Source: an uncultured Lachnospiraceae bacterium (GTDB lineage Bacteria; Bacillota; Clostridia; Lachnospirales; Lachnospiraceae). From it: 64,000 bases of DNA. Position numbers and translations under genes: made by a program. The stretch covers positions 33,042 through 97,041 of the forward strand of contig CARTDA010000001.1 of NCBI GenBank assembly GCA_949066965.1. The letters are read 5' to 3'. The notes below the pieces were generated by a model. That model saw only the letters and a program-made list of their open reading frames with translations. It was not told the DNA's origin and did not search any database. This document shows, piece by piece, positions 50,469 through 61,208 of this stretch (positions are counted from its first letter, which is position 1; every line of letters begins with the position of its first letter).

Positions 50469-52104
50469 AACCATGCGCGTGATGGGAAAGAGACGTTTTT
50501 TATATTATGGCGCAATTGCTGGCATGAGTATTGGCATGGGGATGTTTTCGGTGCTCAGTTCCCTGATGATGAAAGGGGTCGTTGATATTTCCCAGTCAGG
50601 AGATTATCAGCGGCTTACTGTTACGGTTGTCTGGATAGTGGCAGCAGGCGTCGTGTCGCTGATTGTCTACCGCAGGGCGGCAGTAGTCTACAACGTGGAG
50701 GCAAAGCGTGTGTATGGTAACCTCTATGAAAAGATACTGAATCTTGAAATGGATTTGCCTTATGCATATTACGAGAAACACCATAGCGGGGAAATGATGT
50801 CAAAGGTATCCTACGATTTGGGAAGGATGGGGGACATCTATGGTTCCCGTTTCCGTCGGATGATAATGCCGTTTCTGGAAGTAATCGTGTATCTGGTTCC
50901 GATGCTGGTACTCAGCCCGCAGCTGACGCTGTGCCTTGTGGGTGTCAATGTCGTCATGCTGTTTCTGAATATGGTTCTGGCAGAACCGTTTCGCAGGGTC
51001 AGCCGCGAATTGTCAGGGATTAACAGCAGTATGACCCGAAAGCTGTCCGACATTTTGCAGGGGATGGAGCAGGTTCGGATGTTTGCACATGGCAGGGAGA
51101 CCGTACAGGAATATATACGGCTCAGCCAGAAATATGCAAAAAAATCAAACCGAAAGATTCTGATAGCGTCAGGGCTTGAAAGCGGGAATCGGGGCTTTGA
51201 CCTGCTCTGTTCTCTCGTATTTCTTGCACTCGGCGTATTTTTCGTACAGCGGGGTTTTACTACGCTTGGCGCACTGGCGGCGATTTATACATTATATGGA
51301 AGCTTTTCGTTCCAGTTTTTACAGATGAATCGGTATATACCGGAGCTGGTGGCATATTTGACATATGCACAGAATATTTTTGACCTGTTGGAAGAAAAAA
51401 GGGAGGAGAAAAACTGGTATACACAAAAAGAGTGCTTTCAAGCGGACAATGATGCGGATGATACATGGATGGCGGCAATGGATAATGTCAGCTTTTCCTA
51501 TGGGGACAAAGCCGTTTTGCAGAATTATTCAATGAGGGTGCAGCGCGGGGAGTGCGTGGCGCTTACCGGTTCGTCAGGCTGCGGTAAAACCACGGTCTCG
51601 AAGCTGCTGCTGGGACTTTATCCGATTGACGGGGGAACGATTACCGTCGTCGGAAACTCAGTGAGAAATATGAGCAACAGGGATTTGCGGGATTTTTTTG
51701 CCTATGTGCCACAGGAACCGTATCTGTTTGAGGGCAGTATTCTGGAAAATATCCGCATGGGGAAGCTTTGTGCGTCGACGGATGAGATTGTGGAGGCGGC
51801 AAAGGTGGCAAATGCGCATACGTTCATAATGAATCTTGAAAACGGGTATGATACACCGGTGGGGGAGCGCGGCAACCGTCTTTCCGGCGGGCAGCGCCAG
51901 CGGATTGCCATTGCGCGTGCCATCTTGAAGGGGGCGCCGATTCTGCTGATGGACGAGGCGACCTCAGCCCTGGATAATGAGTCGGAGCGGCTGGTGAACG
52001 ATGCCCTGCGCAGGCTGCGTGGAAATAAGACCATCATCATGATTGCGCACAGGACATCCACGATACAGATGGCAGACAGGGTCTGCAGCATGAACCCCAT
52101 ATAA
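50440..52104 (+). CDS. ABC transporter, fused TMD-NBD (likely heterodimer partner)
   Basis: GSSGCGKT, LSGGQRQR, LLMDEAT, IAHR; overlaps the upstream gene. Confidence 0.92.
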   Translation: MNSTWKLFCRTMRVMGKRRFLYYGAIAGMSIGMGMFSVLSSLMMKGVVDISQSGDYQRLTVTVVWIVAAGVVSLIVYRRAAVVYNVEAKRVYGNLYEKILNLEMDLPYAYYEKHHSGEMMSKVSYDLGRMGDIYGSRFRRMIMPFLEVIVYLVPMLVLSPQLTLCLVGVNVVMLFLNMVLAEPFRRVSRELSGINSSMTRKLSDILQGMEQVRMFAHGRETVQEYIRLSQKYAKKSNRKILIASGLESGNRGFDLLCSLVFLALGVFFVQRGFTTLGALAAIYTLYGSFSFQFLQMNRYIPELVAYLTYAQNIFDLLEEKREEKNWYTQKECFQADNDADDTWMAAMDNVSFSYGDKAVLQNYSMRVQRGECVALTGSSGCGKTTVSKLLLGLYPIDGGTITVVGNSVRNMSNRDLRDFFAYVPQEPYLFEGSILENIRMGKLCASTDEIVEAAKVANAHTFIMNLENGYDTPVGERGNRLSGGQRQRIAIARAILKGAPILLMDEATSALDNESERLVNDALRRLRGNKTIIMIAHRTSTIQMADRVCSMNPI

Positions 52105-52106
52105 CG

Positions 52107-52132
52107 AAAACCCCCGCTGTTTAAAGCGGGGG
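52107..52132 (-). terminator. Terminator between the convergent ABC and MCP genes
   Basis: CCCCCGCT/AGCGGGGG stem preceded by AAAA (a T-run on the minus strand). Confidence 0.65.
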
Positions 52133-52138
52133 CTGTCA

Positions 52139-53836
52139 TTAGCCTTTCAAAGAGAACTGTCCGATTAAACCGTTTAATATGGTTGCCTGCGCGGAGAGCT
52201 CTTCACTGGTTGCGGAAGCCTCCTCGGCAGTTGCCGCATTGCTCTGTACAACCTCGGAAATCTGGTTGATTCCCTGTTCTGCCTGACGCATGGCATCTGT
52301 CTGGTCTTCCATCATGGTCTTAAGATTCTTGGAGAAGTCGGCTATTTCCTTGATACCGTCTACAACAGAGCCGATGGCGTTTGCTGCGTTCTCTGCCGCG
52401 CGGTTTCCGTCAGCAACCTCCCGGATGGAGCCTTCAATCAGTTCCCTTGTGTCCACAGCCGCTTTGGCGCTCTGGCTTGCGAGTACCCGAATCTGGTCGG
52501 CAACAACTGCAAAGCCGCGGCCTGACTCGCCTGCCCTTGCTGCTTCGATGGATGCATTCAGGGACAGCAGGTTTGTCTGGGAGGCGATGGATTCAATCTC
52601 GGAAATAATATCGCCGATTCTGTTGGAGGCAGTATTGATGCGTTCCATGGCAGCCATCATGGAATTCATTTCCTCGCGGCTGTTATCTGCCTTATCGGCA
52701 TACTGCTGTGCCTTTATGTAAGACTGGTCTGCACTTTCCGCGCTCTTTTCCATGGCATTGGAAATTTCGGAAATAGTAGCGTGCAGCTCCATAACTGCGT
52801 TTGTCTGTTCGGTTGCGCCTTCTGCAAGAACCTGTGATGCTTCAGCAAGGTCACCGGAGCCGGACGAAACCTGCTCGGAGACATCGCCGATAGATGTTAA
52901 CGTTTCGATCATCTGATCTCTTAATCCACGCATGGACTCATATAATTTCTGGAAATCCCCGGTGTATTTTTCCGAATAATTTGATTTGACAGCATAATTT
53001 CCGCCTGCCATCTGTCCCAGGACTTCACTGATATCATGGATAATGATATTGAGGTTATTTGCCATATCGGTTGCGTCTTTTTCCATATACTCCACTTCAT
53101 CGCCGGTCTCAACCATCGGGAATGGCGAGGAGAGGTCGCCGGCAGAAAATGTCTTGAGCCGCTTGCCGAGTTTTCCGAGCGGAGAGGAGATCCCCTTTGC
53201 AATTTTTCGGCCGATTTTGGTAGCCAGCGTCATCGCCATTAAAATGACGACTATGATTGCAACGGACAGAATGATGCCAGCCAGCGTGAGTGCAGAAGAC
53301 AGGTGGTTTCCTTCTGTGACCTTGACGTTTAACAGGGATTCCAGACTGGTGTATATGCTGTTATACCTGCCGGACAGGTCACTGAGGGCAATATCCTGTG
53401 CCTGCCTGCACAGCTCCCTGTCCGTTGTGGCGCCAAGCGCCATAATCTCGGCATCAAGCCTCCAGTACTCGTCCAGCTCGGAGCTGATTTTGTCGTATGT
53501 TTCCCTGCCGTCTTTTGATACAATTGAATTTTCAATATCCGCAAAATATTTTTCAAAACGGACCTTATTTTCTTCATGCTGGCTGACAACGGTAGCAATT
53601 GCATCCGCGTCGTCATATCCGATGGCAGCGCGCAGGGAAGACCTGCTGTCCGCAAATTCAAACATTGCTTTTCCGATATCACCTTGTGCAAAACCAAAAT
53701 TATGCAGGGCATAAGAGTATCTGTTTGAAATGACAATAAGGGCAATCAGACTTAAAATAGCCACAATTGCCGGAATCGATGCCACCTTAAAAAAGGATTT
53801 TGTCAGCTTATGTTCAATGCTTGCCTGTTCATTCAT
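52139..53836 (-). CDS. Methyl-accepting chemotaxis protein (4-helix-bundle sensor)
   Basis: [27 protein letters not shown]; two TM segments; AAGGGGG RBS before MNEQ. Confidence 0.92.
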   Translation of the reverse strand: MNEQASIEHKLTKSFFKVASIPAIVAILSLIALIVISNRYSYALHNFGFAQGDIGKAMFEFADSRSSLRAAIGYDDADAIATVVSQHEENKVRFEKYFADIENSIVSKDGRETYDKISSELDEYWRLDAEIMALGATTDRELCRQAQDIALSDLSGRYNSIYTSLESLLNVKVTEGNHLSSALTLAGIILSVAIIVVILMAMTLATKIGRKIAKGISSPLGKLGKRLKTFSAGDLSSPFPMVETGDEVEYMEKDATDMANNLNIIIHDISEVLGQMAGGNYAVKSNYSEKYTGDFQKLYESMRGLRDQMIETLTSIGDVSEQVSSGSGDLAEASQVLAEGATEQTNAVMELHATISEISNAMEKSAESADQSYIKAQQYADKADNSREEMNSMMAAMERINTASNRIGDIISEIESIASQTNLLSLNASIEAARAGESGRGFAVVADQIRVLASQSAKAAVDTRELIEGSIREVADGNRAAENAANAIGSVVDGIKEIADFSKNLKTMMEDQTDAMRQAEQGINQISEVVQSNAATAEEASATSEELSAQATILNGLIGQFSLKG

Positions 53837-54115
53837 TATCAATGTCCCCCTTGTTTCACATATGTAATAAATATTTGGTATAGTCCTGATAAACAGGATA
53901 TACGCAGTCTCATAAATTATTATAGTACATTGAAAAAAATATGCAAGGTTAATTTGTCTAAAACTACCAACTGCATTTAGGAAAACATGAACAGAAGTAT
54001 ACTTATTGAATAACCGTAACGGTTGGGAACCGTGTAAAACAGCTTGCATTTGTGTGTATGAAATGCTATGATAAAACTTATTATCACTCTGAAAGGGATA
54101 CAGGTGGAGGAAGCC

Positions 54116-54898
54116 GTGAGGAAATTATCAAAATTTATTGGGAACAGGGATTTTTACAGGATGGTGCTGATGATTGCGGTGCCTATCATGATACAAAATG
54201 GCATCACGAATTTTGTCAGCCTGCTTGACAATATCATGATAGGGCAGGTTGGCACAGAACAGATGTCGGGCGTGGCGATTGTAAACCAGCTGATTTTTGT
54301 CTACAACCTTTGCATATTTGGCGGTGTCTCCGGTGCAGGGATTTTTACGGCACAATATTTTGGACAGGGTAATCATGAGGGGGTTCGCCAGACGATGCGT
54401 TTTAAGCTGTGGATGGTTATGATTATCACAACATTGACGGCTGCCCTTTTTTTATGCTCCGGCACGGTATTAATCAGTGGATATTTAAAAGGAGACGGTT
54501 CGGCAGAGAGCATTGCGGCAACACTGATGTATGGGAAACAGTACCTGAAAATCATGCTGGTCGGGCTGCCTGCATTTGCACTGGTACAGATTTATTCCAG
54601 TACGCTGCGCGAATGCGGACAGACAATGCTTCCGATGAAAGCCGGGATAGCGGCGGTTGCTGTCAATCTGCTGTTTAACTATATCCTTATATATGGAAAG
54701 CTTGGCGCGCCTGCACTCGGCGTAAGCGGTGTGTTTATCTGGTGCGTCAGCGTTGTGATAGCCTTTGTGCTTAGCCGTTATACGGCACTTCCGGTTATTG
54801 CGGTCTATGCGATGGTGCAGCTTGGCGACATCATTAAATGCGTCATTGGATTCATACTGGTAAAAAAAGGAGTCTGGCTGCAGAATATTGTGGCATAG
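54116..54898 (+). pseudogene. MATE transporter with a large in-frame internal deletion
   Basis: MATE N-lobe (LDNIMIGQVG..LRECG..PALGV) joined directly to a MATE C-terminal tail; about 260 aa against 448 aa for the intact MATE in this window. Confidence 0.72.
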
Positions 54899-54945
54899 CA
54901 GCAATGTACAATGAAAAATGGAACCAATAAACGAGTGGGAGGGAA

Positions 54946-55914
54946 ATGCCTATGCAGACAGTGCGACTGGAAAACTTCAGGCCCATCCGCATCGGCGGCA
55001 TGCTGCTGCCGTCAAATGTACTGATGGCGCCGCTTGCAGGGTATACCTGCTATCCGTTCCGGATGCTGGCATATGAGCTTGGCGCTGGCCTGTGCTTCAC
55101 GGAGATGTGCAGCGCCAACGCACTCAAGTACGAGGACAGGGCGACAAACCGCCTGCTCATGACGACGCCGGACGAGCCAGTCAGGGCAGTGCAGCTGCTC
55201 GGCGGCAGTCCGGCAGTGATGGAGCGGATGGCAGAGAGTCCGTTATTAAGGGCATTTGACATTATTGACATCAACATGGGGTGCCCGGTGCCCAATGTGT
55301 TTAAGAGCGGTGAGGGAAGCGCGCTGATGCAGGATGCAAAAAGGGCGGCAGCAATTATACGGGGCTGCAAGCGGAGCGGAAAAGTGGTCACGGTGAAATG
55401 CCGCGCGGGCATCCGTGAGGACACGCTGTTTGCCGCTGAGTTTGCCCGCGTGTGCGAGGATGCGGGCGCGGACATGATTACCATCCACGGCAGGAGCCGG
55501 AGCATGATGTATGATGGGGAACCACACATGGAAGAGATTGCGCACGCAAAGGCGGCAGTGTCGATTCCGGTCATCGCTAACGGCGGGATTTTCTCCGTGG
55601 AGGATGCCGTGCGGATGATAGAGTGCACGGGCGCAGATGGGATTATGGTCGCGCGGTATGGGTTGGAGAATCCTTTTATTTTCGGGGAACTCACTGGAAA
55701 GCCCTGCCAAAAGACGGCATGGAAACTGCTGACGGAGCAGATTGAGCTGGCTTCGCGGTATTATGATGAGACGTTTACACTGGGATATATGAAAAAACTT
55801 GCCTCCTACATGATGAAGAAGCGGAAGGGGACGAAGCGGTACAAGGAGCGGCTGTACAGAAGCGGAAGCCTGAAAGAGCTGCGAGAGGTGCTTGCACTGA
55901 TTTTTGCAGATTAA
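54946..55914 (+). CDS. dusB: tRNA-dihydrouridine synthase family protein (DusB-like)
   Basis: MAPLAG, FTEM, VQLLG, DINMGCP, GSALM, TIHGR, IANGG. Confidence 0.85.
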   Translation: MPMQTVRLENFRPIRIGGMLLPSNVLMAPLAGYTCYPFRMLAYELGAGLCFTEMCSANALKYEDRATNRLLMTTPDEPVRAVQLLGGSPAVMERMAESPLLRAFDIIDINMGCPVPNVFKSGEGSALMQDAKRAAAIIRGCKRSGKVVTVKCRAGIREDTLFAAEFARVCEDAGADMITIHGRSRSMMYDGEPHMEEIAHAKAAVSIPVIANGGIFSVEDAVRMIECTGADGIMVARYGLENPFIFGELTGKPCQKTAWKLLTEQIELASRYYDETFTLGYMKKLASYMMKKRKGTKRYKERLYRSGSLKELREVLALIFAD

Positions 55915-55932
55915 GGAACGGTGGTGGACTAT

Positions 55933-58900
55933 ATGCAGGAATTTTATCAGATACAGGACGGCGTACTGATACGCTATATGGGACGCGAGGAGGAAACAGT
56001 GGTTCCGGCGGGCATTCATACGGTTGGCGAGGGGGCATTCAAGGGATGCGTGTCCCTGAAAAAGGTTGTGCTGCCGTCAGGGCTGCAATGCATTATGGGA
56101 GATGCCTTTAAGGGCTGCCGCAGACTCGAAGAGGTTGTAATACCAGACGGCGTGACATACATCGGGCGCTATGCGTTTCACCGCTGCCATGCACTGAAAC
56201 GCGTGATTCTGCCACGCTCGGTGGAGGAGCTGGGGGAGTGCGCGTTCCTGTACTGCGACAATATGAGGGAGGCGTGGATACCGGGGGTAAAGCGGCTTGG
56301 GATGGAGGCGCTCGCAAATGGGATATCGCTTGAAAAGCTGGTAATTTCGCGGGATTTGGACAAAAGCTGTATCTGCGATGTCTTTACGGGCTGCGGTCAG
56401 GTCAGGGAAATCGGCTATGCTGACGGCGAGACTTTTTGCATTCCAAACGTGGTGGATGTGGTCGCGGGCGACTTCAGGATGCCGCCGTTAATCGAGATGG
56501 TCGTGCGGGATATTCTGGAGCGCATGATGGAGCTGGACGGCAGGATGCTTGTCCGTTTCCGGGTCAATATCAAACAAGTCGAGGTGCCGGAGGGAATCGA
56601 GGTTCTTGCCAAAAGCAGTTTTTATGATATGCGGGGGATTGTGGACATCCGGCTTCCAAAATCCCTGCAAAAAATTGAGAGCCGCGCGTTCCGCAACTGT
56701 ATCGGTCTGGAACGGGTGGTTCTGGGCGGAAATGCGATACAGATTGACGGTGATGCGTTCCGCAACTGTACTTCTTTAAAAGCTGTCAGGACATGTGACG
56801 GGACGGAGTACACGTTCGAGGGATTAAATGACATATACAGGGCAGACGCGGCAAAGGTTCTGGTGTCTGCGGACGAGGTTCCGGAGCCTGTCCGCATGAT
56901 ACACCGTCAGGTGTTTGGTAATTTCCGGTTCAGCGGAACGATACTGTTACAGTACCTGGGCGCGGAGTCAAGAGTTGTGATACCGGAAGGAGTGACTGCG
57001 ATTGCAGAGGAGGCTTTTGCGGGCATCGAGACCATCGACAAGGTGATTCTGCCCGAAAGCCTGCGCGAGATTGGCGCGGAGGCTTTCCGGGGATGCCTGC
57101 TGATGCAGACAATCGCGCTGCCAAAGGGGATTCGCCGGATTGGAGAGGGGGCGTTTTCGGACTGTGTGAAGCTGCTGCGCATCGAACTTCCGGAACAGAT
57201 GGATGTACTGGAAAGCAAGGTGTTTCGCAACTGCCGTGCATTGCAGGAGGTGCATCTTCCCGAAGGGCTTAGCCGGATTGGGGAGAGTGCTTTTTATGGA
57301 TGCACAGGGCTGAAAAAGATTCGGCTGCCGGAAAGCCTTCTGCATATCGGCAGGATGGCATTTTACCGCGCCGGTCTGCGCGAGGTACACATTCCGGCAA
57401 GTACGACATCGGTGGGAGGCCTGGCATTTGCAAGAAGTCTTGTGCAGAAAGTGTGGATATCCGGCGGCAGTGACATGGGAAAAAACTACGGAACGGATGT
57501 GTTTGGCGGCTGTGGGAAGCTAAAGACGTTGGTGCTTGAGGAGGGTGTGAGTCATATACCGAATCATTTTGCCTATGGATGCACGGCGCTTGTGCATGTC
57601 GTCCTGCCGCAGTCGCTGAAATCCGTGGGAAGACATGCGTTTGAGAAAACTGCCTTTCTGGCGCAGTGGAAGCAGCAGGCGTGCAGGACAGATGGACTGG
57701 CACAAGTGGATTTTATACTGTGGGACGGACAGCATCTTGCAGGCGAGGTATGGATCCCGGAAAATGTACGAATCATTGCAGGCGGTGCATTTTATGGAAA
57801 TACGCAGATTACAGTCGTGCATCTGCCGGAACAGGTACAATCGATTGGCGAGGCGGCGTTTAAGGGCTGCAAATCACTCCGGTGTGTGTATTTTCCTTCC
57901 AATATAAAGTGTCTGGGAGCAGAAGTTTTTTCCGGCTGTACGGCGCTGGAGGAGGTTATGCTGGACTGCGGTACGCCTGAGAAAGTGCTCTCACGAACCG
58001 AACAAACGTGGCATGTGATTGGTGAGCGTGCGTTTTACCAATGCAGAAAGCTGCGCGGAATCCCGCTGGAACAGGTACGGTCGATTGGCAGGGAGGCGCT
58101 GTGCGGGTGTAGTGCGCTTGCTGAGAGTGCGGTTCATCCGGCGCTGGTCGCGGGTGAGCGCGCATTTGCGGATACCTTGCTGGGGGAGAGACTGGAAAAC
58201 GGAATGCATGTGGTGGGTAATCTGGTGGTTTCCGGCGAAGCCTGCACTGGGGAAATGAATCTGCTGGATGGCGTCAAAATCATAGAAGGCATTGCGCCCT
58301 ATGCCTTTGCGGGAAATCGCGCGCTTCGTAAAATCGTTTTGCCGGAGAGTGTGCGCTGGATTGGCGAGGGGGCGTTTTTTGGGTGCAGCAGTCTGGAATC
58401 GGTTGTCTTTTTGGGTGCGGAAAATGGATTTCTCAAAATAGATGCGAGCGCATTTGAGAAGTGCAGTTCCTTAAGGGAAATTTCATGCCCTGCGCACGAA
58501 ATCGGGGAAGCGGCGTTTGCAGGGTGCAGTTTTCTTGTCAGGGCGGCGCTTCCCCGGGCTGGAAGTTTGGAAAAACGCCTTTTTGCAGGCTGTTCCAGTC
58601 TGGCAGCCTGTCGCTGTGAAAATGCAGGGGCAATACAGGAATTCTGCTTTAGCGGCTGTAAACAGCTGCAGGCGTTTGATTTTGCACCAGTCAGCCGGAT
58701 TGGCGCATATGCGTTTGCAGGCTGCGAGTCTCTCAAATACACGGAATTTCAGGATGGCGCATGCCTGGACGCACATGCCCTGGAGGATTGCAGCGGATTG
58801 GAGCGCATCTGCCTGTCCGGGAAACAGGGCATTGTCTTATTAAAGGAGTATGCGCTTTCAGGCTGTACGGCACTCCGGCAGATTATGTTTCGGGGAAAGG

Positions 58901-60066
58901 AATGGGTGCTGGAACGGTATCAGGATATCCTTTCGGAAAATATTCCTGAGATGGTAAGGCTTTTGTTTCACAGCGCGTTGAGCTGTTTTACAGTCGAGCA
59001 GGACGAGAACCTTGTCCGGTACCGCGGCGCAGCCAGTGTGGTTCGGATTCCGTCGGGCATCCGGCGGATTGCGGCGGAGGTGTTCCGCGACGCGATGATG
59101 CTCGAACAGGTGGAAATACCGGAGAGTGTGGCGTACATCGGCGCAAGGGCATTTCATGGGACGCCATGGATGGCGCAGAAACGCAGGGAATCGGGGATGG
59201 TCATCGTGCGGGATATGCTGCTTGACGGCGCTGCCTGTGCGGGCGAGGTGACGATACCGGACGGCATCCGGCTGGTGTGCGGCTGGGCGTTTGCAAACGG
59301 CCTGGACATCACAGGCATCTGCTTTCCCAGTGCAGGGACACGCAGGGATGTACAAGTGGAGGAATACGCTTTCCGCAACTGCATCAATCTGCAAAGGATG
59401 GTTCTCCCGGACGGCGGGGTTGTTTATTTTACAGGGCTGGCAGACCGGGAGAGGGAGCTGCCGCCCCTGGCAAAGCAGGCAGTGATGGACAGCCTGAACT
59501 GTTTTAAGACAGATGAGGATGGCGTGCTCAGGGAATGCACCGGAAATATTTCGAGGCTCCGGCTTGCGCACGGCATCACGGAAATCGGGGAAGGGACATT
59601 TCAGGACGCAAATCTGCTGACGACAATTATCTTTTCAGGGACGGTGGTAAAAATCGGTGCACGCGCCTTTGCGGGCTGCAAATGGCTGTGCGAGGTCAGA
59701 CAGGCAGACAGCGTGACAGACATCGGTGCACACGCATTTTCCGGCTGCGGCATGCTGCACCGCGTGGAGCTGTCTGAAAATCTGTGCCGGATTGGTGCAC
59801 GCGCCTTTGAAAACTGTACTTCATTAGAAGAAATCCAGATACCAGAGGGCGTGGAGGAAATACCGGAGCGTGCATTTTACCGCTGCCACGCGCTGAAAAG
59901 TATCAGGCTGCCATCCACCATAAAAAGGATAGGAAAGGAAGCGTTTGCATTCTGCGGCGGCGCCCCCAGGCTGCGTGTGCCAGACAGCGTACAGGTGGGG
60001 GAGCGGGCGTTTTATGGGGGATGCGGATTGCCTGAACAGTTTCTAAGTATATATACCGAAATTTGA
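55933..60066 (+). CDS. Large BspA/TpLRR (LRR_5) leucine-rich-repeat protein with no signal peptide or anchor
   Basis: Dozens of IG..AF.GC..L..I.LP repeats. Start could be GTG 55921. Confidence 0.9.
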   Translation: MQEFYQIQDGVLIRYMGREEETVVPAGIHTVGEGAFKGCVSLKKVVLPSGLQCIMGDAFKGCRRLEEVVIPDGVTYIGRYAFHRCHALKRVILPRSVEELGECAFLYCDNMREAWIPGVKRLGMEALANGISLEKLVISRDLDKSCICDVFTGCGQVREIGYADGETFCIPNVVDVVAGDFRMPPLIEMVVRDILERMMELDGRMLVRFRVNIKQVEVPEGIEVLAKSSFYDMRGIVDIRLPKSLQKIESRAFRNCIGLERVVLGGNAIQIDGDAFRNCTSLKAVRTCDGTEYTFEGLNDIYRADAAKVLVSADEVPEPVRMIHRQVFGNFRFSGTILLQYLGAESRVVIPEGVTAIAEEAFAGIETIDKVILPESLREIGAEAFRGCLLMQTIALPKGIRRIGEGAFSDCVKLLRIELPEQMDVLESKVFRNCRALQEVHLPEGLSRIGESAFYGCTGLKKIRLPESLLHIGRMAFYRAGLREVHIPASTTSVGGLAFARSLVQKVWISGGSDMGKNYGTDVFGGCGKLKTLVLEEGVSHIPNHFAYGCTALVHVVLPQSLKSVGRHAFEKTAFLAQWKQQACRTDGLAQVDFILWDGQHLAGEVWIPENVRIIAGGAFYGNTQITVVHLPEQVQSIGEAAFKGCKSLRCVYFPSNIKCLGAEVFSGCTALEEVMLDCGTPEKVLSRTEQTWHVIGERAFYQCRKLRGIPLEQVRSIGREALCGCSALAESAVHPALVAGERAFADTLLGERLENGMHVVGNLVVSGEACTGEMNLLDGVKIIEGIAPYAFAGNRALRKIVLPESVRWIGEGAFFGCSSLESVVFLGAENGFLKIDASAFEKCSSLREISCPAHEIGEAAFAGCSFLVRAALPRAGSLEKRLFAGCSSLAACRCENAGAIQEFCFSGCKQLQAFDFAPVSRIGAYAFAGCESLKYTEFQDGACLDAHALEDCSGLERICLSGKQGIVLLKEYALSGCTALRQIMFRGKEWVLERYQDILSENIPEMVRLLFHSALSCFTVEQDENLVRYRGAASVVRIPSGIRRIAAEVFRDAMMLEQVEIPESVAYIGARAFHGTPWMAQKRRESGMVIVRDMLLDGAACAGEVTIPDGIRLVCGWAFANGLDITGICFPSAGTRRDVQVEEYAFRNCINLQRMVLPDGGVVYFTGLADRERELPPLAKQAVMDSLNCFKTDEDGVLRECTGNISRLRLAHGITEIGEGTFQDANLLTTIIFSGTVVKIGARAFAGCKWLCEVRQADSVTDIGAHAFSGCGMLHRVELSENLCRIGARAFENCTSLEEIQIPEGVEEIPERAFYRCHALKSIRLPSTIKRIGKEAFAFCGGAPRLRVPDSVQVGERAFYGGCGLPEQFLSIYTEI

Positions 60067-60082
60067 AATAGGAGAACGAATC

Positions 60083-61159
60083 ATGTACTACCGCAAATTA
60101 GGGAATACAGGTCTTGAGGTATCAGAAATCAGCTTTGGCACGATTCCGATTTTGCAGGGAAATATTCCGGTTCTGCCGGATTATTTTAATCTGGATGAGA
60201 CCGATGCGCTTGCAGTGATGGCACATGCATACGAGCTGGGCTGCAACCTGTACGATACGGCAATTGTGCCGGAGTACGGTGATGCGGAAATCAAGCTGGG
60301 GAAATTCGCGGCGCGCGTGGGACGGGAGCATATCATCCTCTCGGACAAGGCGCGCTTTTTTGGCGGCAGTGAGATGTATCGGGCAGTGGAAACCTCCTGT
60401 GAAAATCTCGGCACGACGCCCGACCTGTATTTTGTGCATCAGGTGGATGCCAGCCATGCGGATGAAGTCTTTGGCAGGGGCGGGGCATTGGATGCGCTTA
60501 CGGAATTGAAGGCAGAGGGAAAAATCCGGTTTGTCGGGATTGCGACGCACTATTATGACATCCTGCTGCGTGGCGCGCAGGATGAGCGCGTTGATGTGCT
60601 GCAGGGCAGCGGCAACCTGTTAGAACGCGGAATGCTCGACCGCATCCGGCAGGAGACGCTTTTTCGCGGAAAAGGGTTTCTGGTCAACAAAGTGTACGCG
60701 GCAGGGCTTCTCCCCGCGCGGTTTCCGGTGCGGACGCTGATTGGCTTTGCGCTGGATTATCCTGTGTCAAGCGTCCTGGCTGGACTTGGCACCAGGGAGC
60801 AGGTGGATGCTGCGATGGGGTGGGATGCCAGGAACCCAAAACCGCAGCTTCCCTCCTTTGAGGAAGTACTCTCCGTGCTGGAAAAAGAGTACGCCCCGAT
60901 TCCGTGTGACCGGTGCCAGCGGTGTGTCTGCCCGCACGGTACGGAAATCCATACCTTATTCCGACAGTACCAGTATTTTTATCTGGGAAAGGATTACTGG
61001 GCGCTGAAAAAGCTGGGGCTTGGCATTGCCCGGAGCGCGGCATATTGCCGGGAATGTGTGGCAATGCCCTGCATGGATGCGTGTCCGCAAAAAATACGCA
61101 TTGCCCAGAAGATGCAGGAACTCGAGCGGCTGGTTCTGGACTATCCTGTAGGGAAATAG
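60083..61159 (+). CDS. Aldo/keto reductase with a C-terminal Fe-S (ferredoxin-like) domain
   Basis: YRKLGNTGLEVSEISFG, YDTA..YG..E, LK.EGKIRFVG; CDRCQRC.CP and CREC...C...CPQ. Confidence 0.88.
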   Translation: MYYRKLGNTGLEVSEISFGTIPILQGNIPVLPDYFNLDETDALAVMAHAYELGCNLYDTAIVPEYGDAEIKLGKFAARVGREHIILSDKARFFGGSEMYRAVETSCENLGTTPDLYFVHQVDASHADEVFGRGGALDALTELKAEGKIRFVGIATHYYDILLRGAQDERVDVLQGSGNLLERGMLDRIRQETLFRGKGFLVNKVYAAGLLPARFPVRTLIGFALDYPVSSVLAGLGTREQVDAAMGWDARNPKPQLPSFEEVLSVLEKEYAPIPCDRCQRCVCPHGTEIHTLFRQYQYFYLGKDYWALKKLGLGIARSAAYCRECVAMPCMDACPQKIRIAQKMQELERLVLDYPVGK

Positions 61160-61208
61160 AACTTCCGGGCGGTACCAATGACTATTACAGTGTTGAATCT
61201 TTCTGTGC

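Noticed and set aside
54015..54035. CGTAACGGTT...AACCGT as another copy of the GTAAC element
   Set aside because: The match is too short and the internal modules are missing.
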